Source of the DNA: a phage
Direction: 5' to 3' (one strand)
Length of the DNA: 392 bases
Sequence record: AF039883.1
Shown: piece after piece, positions 1-392 of the stretch
How the letters are laid out: the number at the start of each line of letters is the position of its first letter
Position numbering within the stretch: the first letter of the stretch is position 1
Notes under the pieces: generated by a model
Database searches by the model: none
What the model saw: only the letters and a program-made list of their open reading frames with translations
What the model was told of the DNA's origin: nothing
Position numbers and translations under genes: made by a program

Positions 1-1
1 G

Positions 2-124
2 GTTGATAAATTTGACAGAAAACGTTTACTAGAGGGTATCTACGATAATTCTACATCGATAAATGAATTACTAGAACATGCCCAAATATACGATAAGAGC
101 TGGATGTTAATATGGAGATCATAG
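2..124 (+). CDS. 3' end of an upstream protein-coding gene (5'-truncated by the window edge); hypothetical protein, C-terminal 40 aa ...VDKFDRKRLLEGIYDNSTSINELLEHAQIYDKSWMLIWRS
   Basis: Hand translation of frame 2 is open from position 2 to a TAG stop at 122-124, while the other two + frames hit stops early (TGA at 4-6; TAG at 28-30). The peptide is hydrophilic and protein-like. The only in-frame ATG is at 104-106, so any real gene must start upstream of the window. This ORF is not in the supplied ORF track, presumably because it is short and lacks a start. Confidence 0.45.
   Translation, partial: VDKFDRKRLLEGIYDNSTSINELLEHAQIYDKSWMLIWRS
95..99 (+). promoter_or_regulatory. Possible weak ribosome-binding site (AAGAG) for the 77-aa membrane protein gene
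   Basis: AAGAG at 95-99 is about 12 nt upstream of the ATG at 112; a weaker GGA at 102-104 has a 7-nt spacer. Both are poor matches to AGGAGG, so initiation may depend on coupling to the upstream gene. Confidence 0.25.
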
Positions 125-345
125 TAATTATTTTAGCAGTTATGTTATTTAGTGTAACATTTGTATCATTTGCTATTATGCACAGAGCTAGAGAACTAGC
201 GGAAGATATAATAAAATTACGTGGTGAGTTAGCTGCTCTAAAATTACAGCGTGAGGCTTTAAAGTTGTTTGTGGTTCAGGGTAGCGTAGAACATACAACA
301 GAAGACTTCATCACGTATCTCAAACGTTACATGGGAATTAAATAA
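112..345 (+). CDS. Small (77 aa) predicted single-pass membrane protein with N-terminal transmembrane helix and leucine-rich coiled-coil-like C-terminal region; function unknown
   Basis: ORF from the supplied track, ATG at 112-114 and TAA at 343-345. Residues 2-23 (EIIVIILAVMLFSVTFVSFAIM, nt 115-180) form an uncharged hydrophobic stretch of transmembrane length, followed immediately by basic residues (HRAR). Residues about 25-55 (nt 184-276) carry Leu/Ile at 3-4 residue spacing (I33, L36, L40, L43, L50, F53), consistent with an amphipathic helix or short coiled coil. The ATG at 112 is the first ATG after the in-frame TAA at 94-96; the next in-frame ATG (142) would cut the hydrophobic helix in half. 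A possible weak Shine-Dalgarno AAGAG lies at 95-99. Confidence 0.65.
   Translation: MEIIVIILAVMLFSVTFVSFAIMHRARELAEDIIKLRGELAALKLQREALKLFVVQGSVEHTTEDFITYLKRYMGIK
333..337 (+). promoter_or_regulatory. Putative ribosome-binding site (GGGAA) for the downstream gene starting at 345
   Basis: Purine-rich GGGAA is partly complementary to the 16S anti-SD and has a 7-nt spacer to the ATG at 345. It lies inside the 3' end of the preceding CDS, as is common in coupled genes. Confidence 0.4.
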
Positions 346-392
346 TGGAAACTCTTTTTCTTTTAATGCTCGTAGGTTCTCTGCTAGTTATT
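345..392 (+). CDS. 5' end of a downstream gene (3'-truncated by the window edge); N-terminus METLFLLMLVGSLLVI is hydrophobic, so a putative membrane protein
   Basis: ATG at 345-347 shares its A with the TAA stop of the preceding gene (TAATG). A GGGAA Shine-Dalgarno-like motif at 333-337 sits 7 nt upstream of the ATG. The frame stays open for 16 codons to the window end. The hydrophobic run starts at residue 4 with no basic n-region, which fits a transmembrane helix better than a classic Sec signal peptide. Confidence 0.5.
   Translation, partial: METLFLLMLVGSLLVI

Noticed and set aside
12-49. Perfect sigma-70 -35 hexamer TTGACA at 12-17 with a -10-like GATAAT at 44-49
   Set aside because: The spacing between the hexamers is about 26 nt, far from the 16-18 nt optimum, and no TATAAT-like hexamer sits at the correct distance (positions 34-41 read GGGTATCT). 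The region also lies inside the open upstream frame. This is most likely a chance match, though an internal promoter cannot be excluded without transcript data.
142-144. Alternative internal start at ATG 142 (Met11)
   Set aside because: Starting here would leave only about 12 hydrophobic residues, too few to span a membrane, and there is no purine-rich Shine-Dalgarno upstream (ATTATTTTAGCAGTT). The ATG at 112 gives a full-length helix.
187-200. Short perfect inverted repeat GCTAG-agaa-CTAGC
   Set aside because: It has only 5-bp arms, lies inside the coding region (encoding RARELAE) and is not followed by a T-run. It is too short to call an operator or terminator, and the CTAG core is itself palindromic, so such matches arise easily.
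112-345. Type I toxin (small hydrophobic toxic peptide with antisense RNA) interpretation of the 77-aa protein
   Set aside because: Type I toxins are usually much shorter and stand alone with an overlapping antisense RNA. This gene is embedded in a coupled multi-gene string with a substantial soluble coiled-coil domain, and no antisense promoter or terminator is evident on the - strand.
351-364. T-rich run (ACTCTTTTTCTTTT) that could look like a terminator tail
   Set aside because: There is no GC-rich stem-loop before it, and it falls in the first codons of the downstream ORF, where it encodes the Leu/Phe-rich hydrophobic N-terminus. The T-richness is explained by codon content.
29-387. Five CTAG tetranucleotides (29-32, 71-74, 188-191, 196-199, 384-387), more than the roughly one expected from base composition by hand estimate
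   Set aside because: The sample is tiny and there is no correction for testing many tetramers. CTAG avoidance is strong mainly in enterobacteria, so mild enrichment here is not interpretable without genome-wide statistics.

Overview
This 392-bp window is AT-rich (about one-third G+C by hand count) with Firmicutes-like or phage-like codon usage, and appears to be almost entirely coding on the + strand. It holds three tightly packed reading frames: the 3' end of an upstream gene (2..124), a complete 77-aa small membrane protein gene (112..345), and the 5' end of a downstream gene that also begins with a hydrophobic segment (345..392). The junctions overlap (13 nt upstream, a TAATG stop/start downstream), which suggests a translationally coupled operon. 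I do not recognise any of the three products as a named family, and I cannot run a homology search. The compact run of small, overlapping membrane-protein genes resembles a phage or mobile-element module (for example a lysis or membrane-targeting cassette), but that is inference only. I see no RNA gene, CRISPR repeat, mobile-element terminus, convincing promoter or intrinsic terminator. The window is too short to support a claim of a new biological system.
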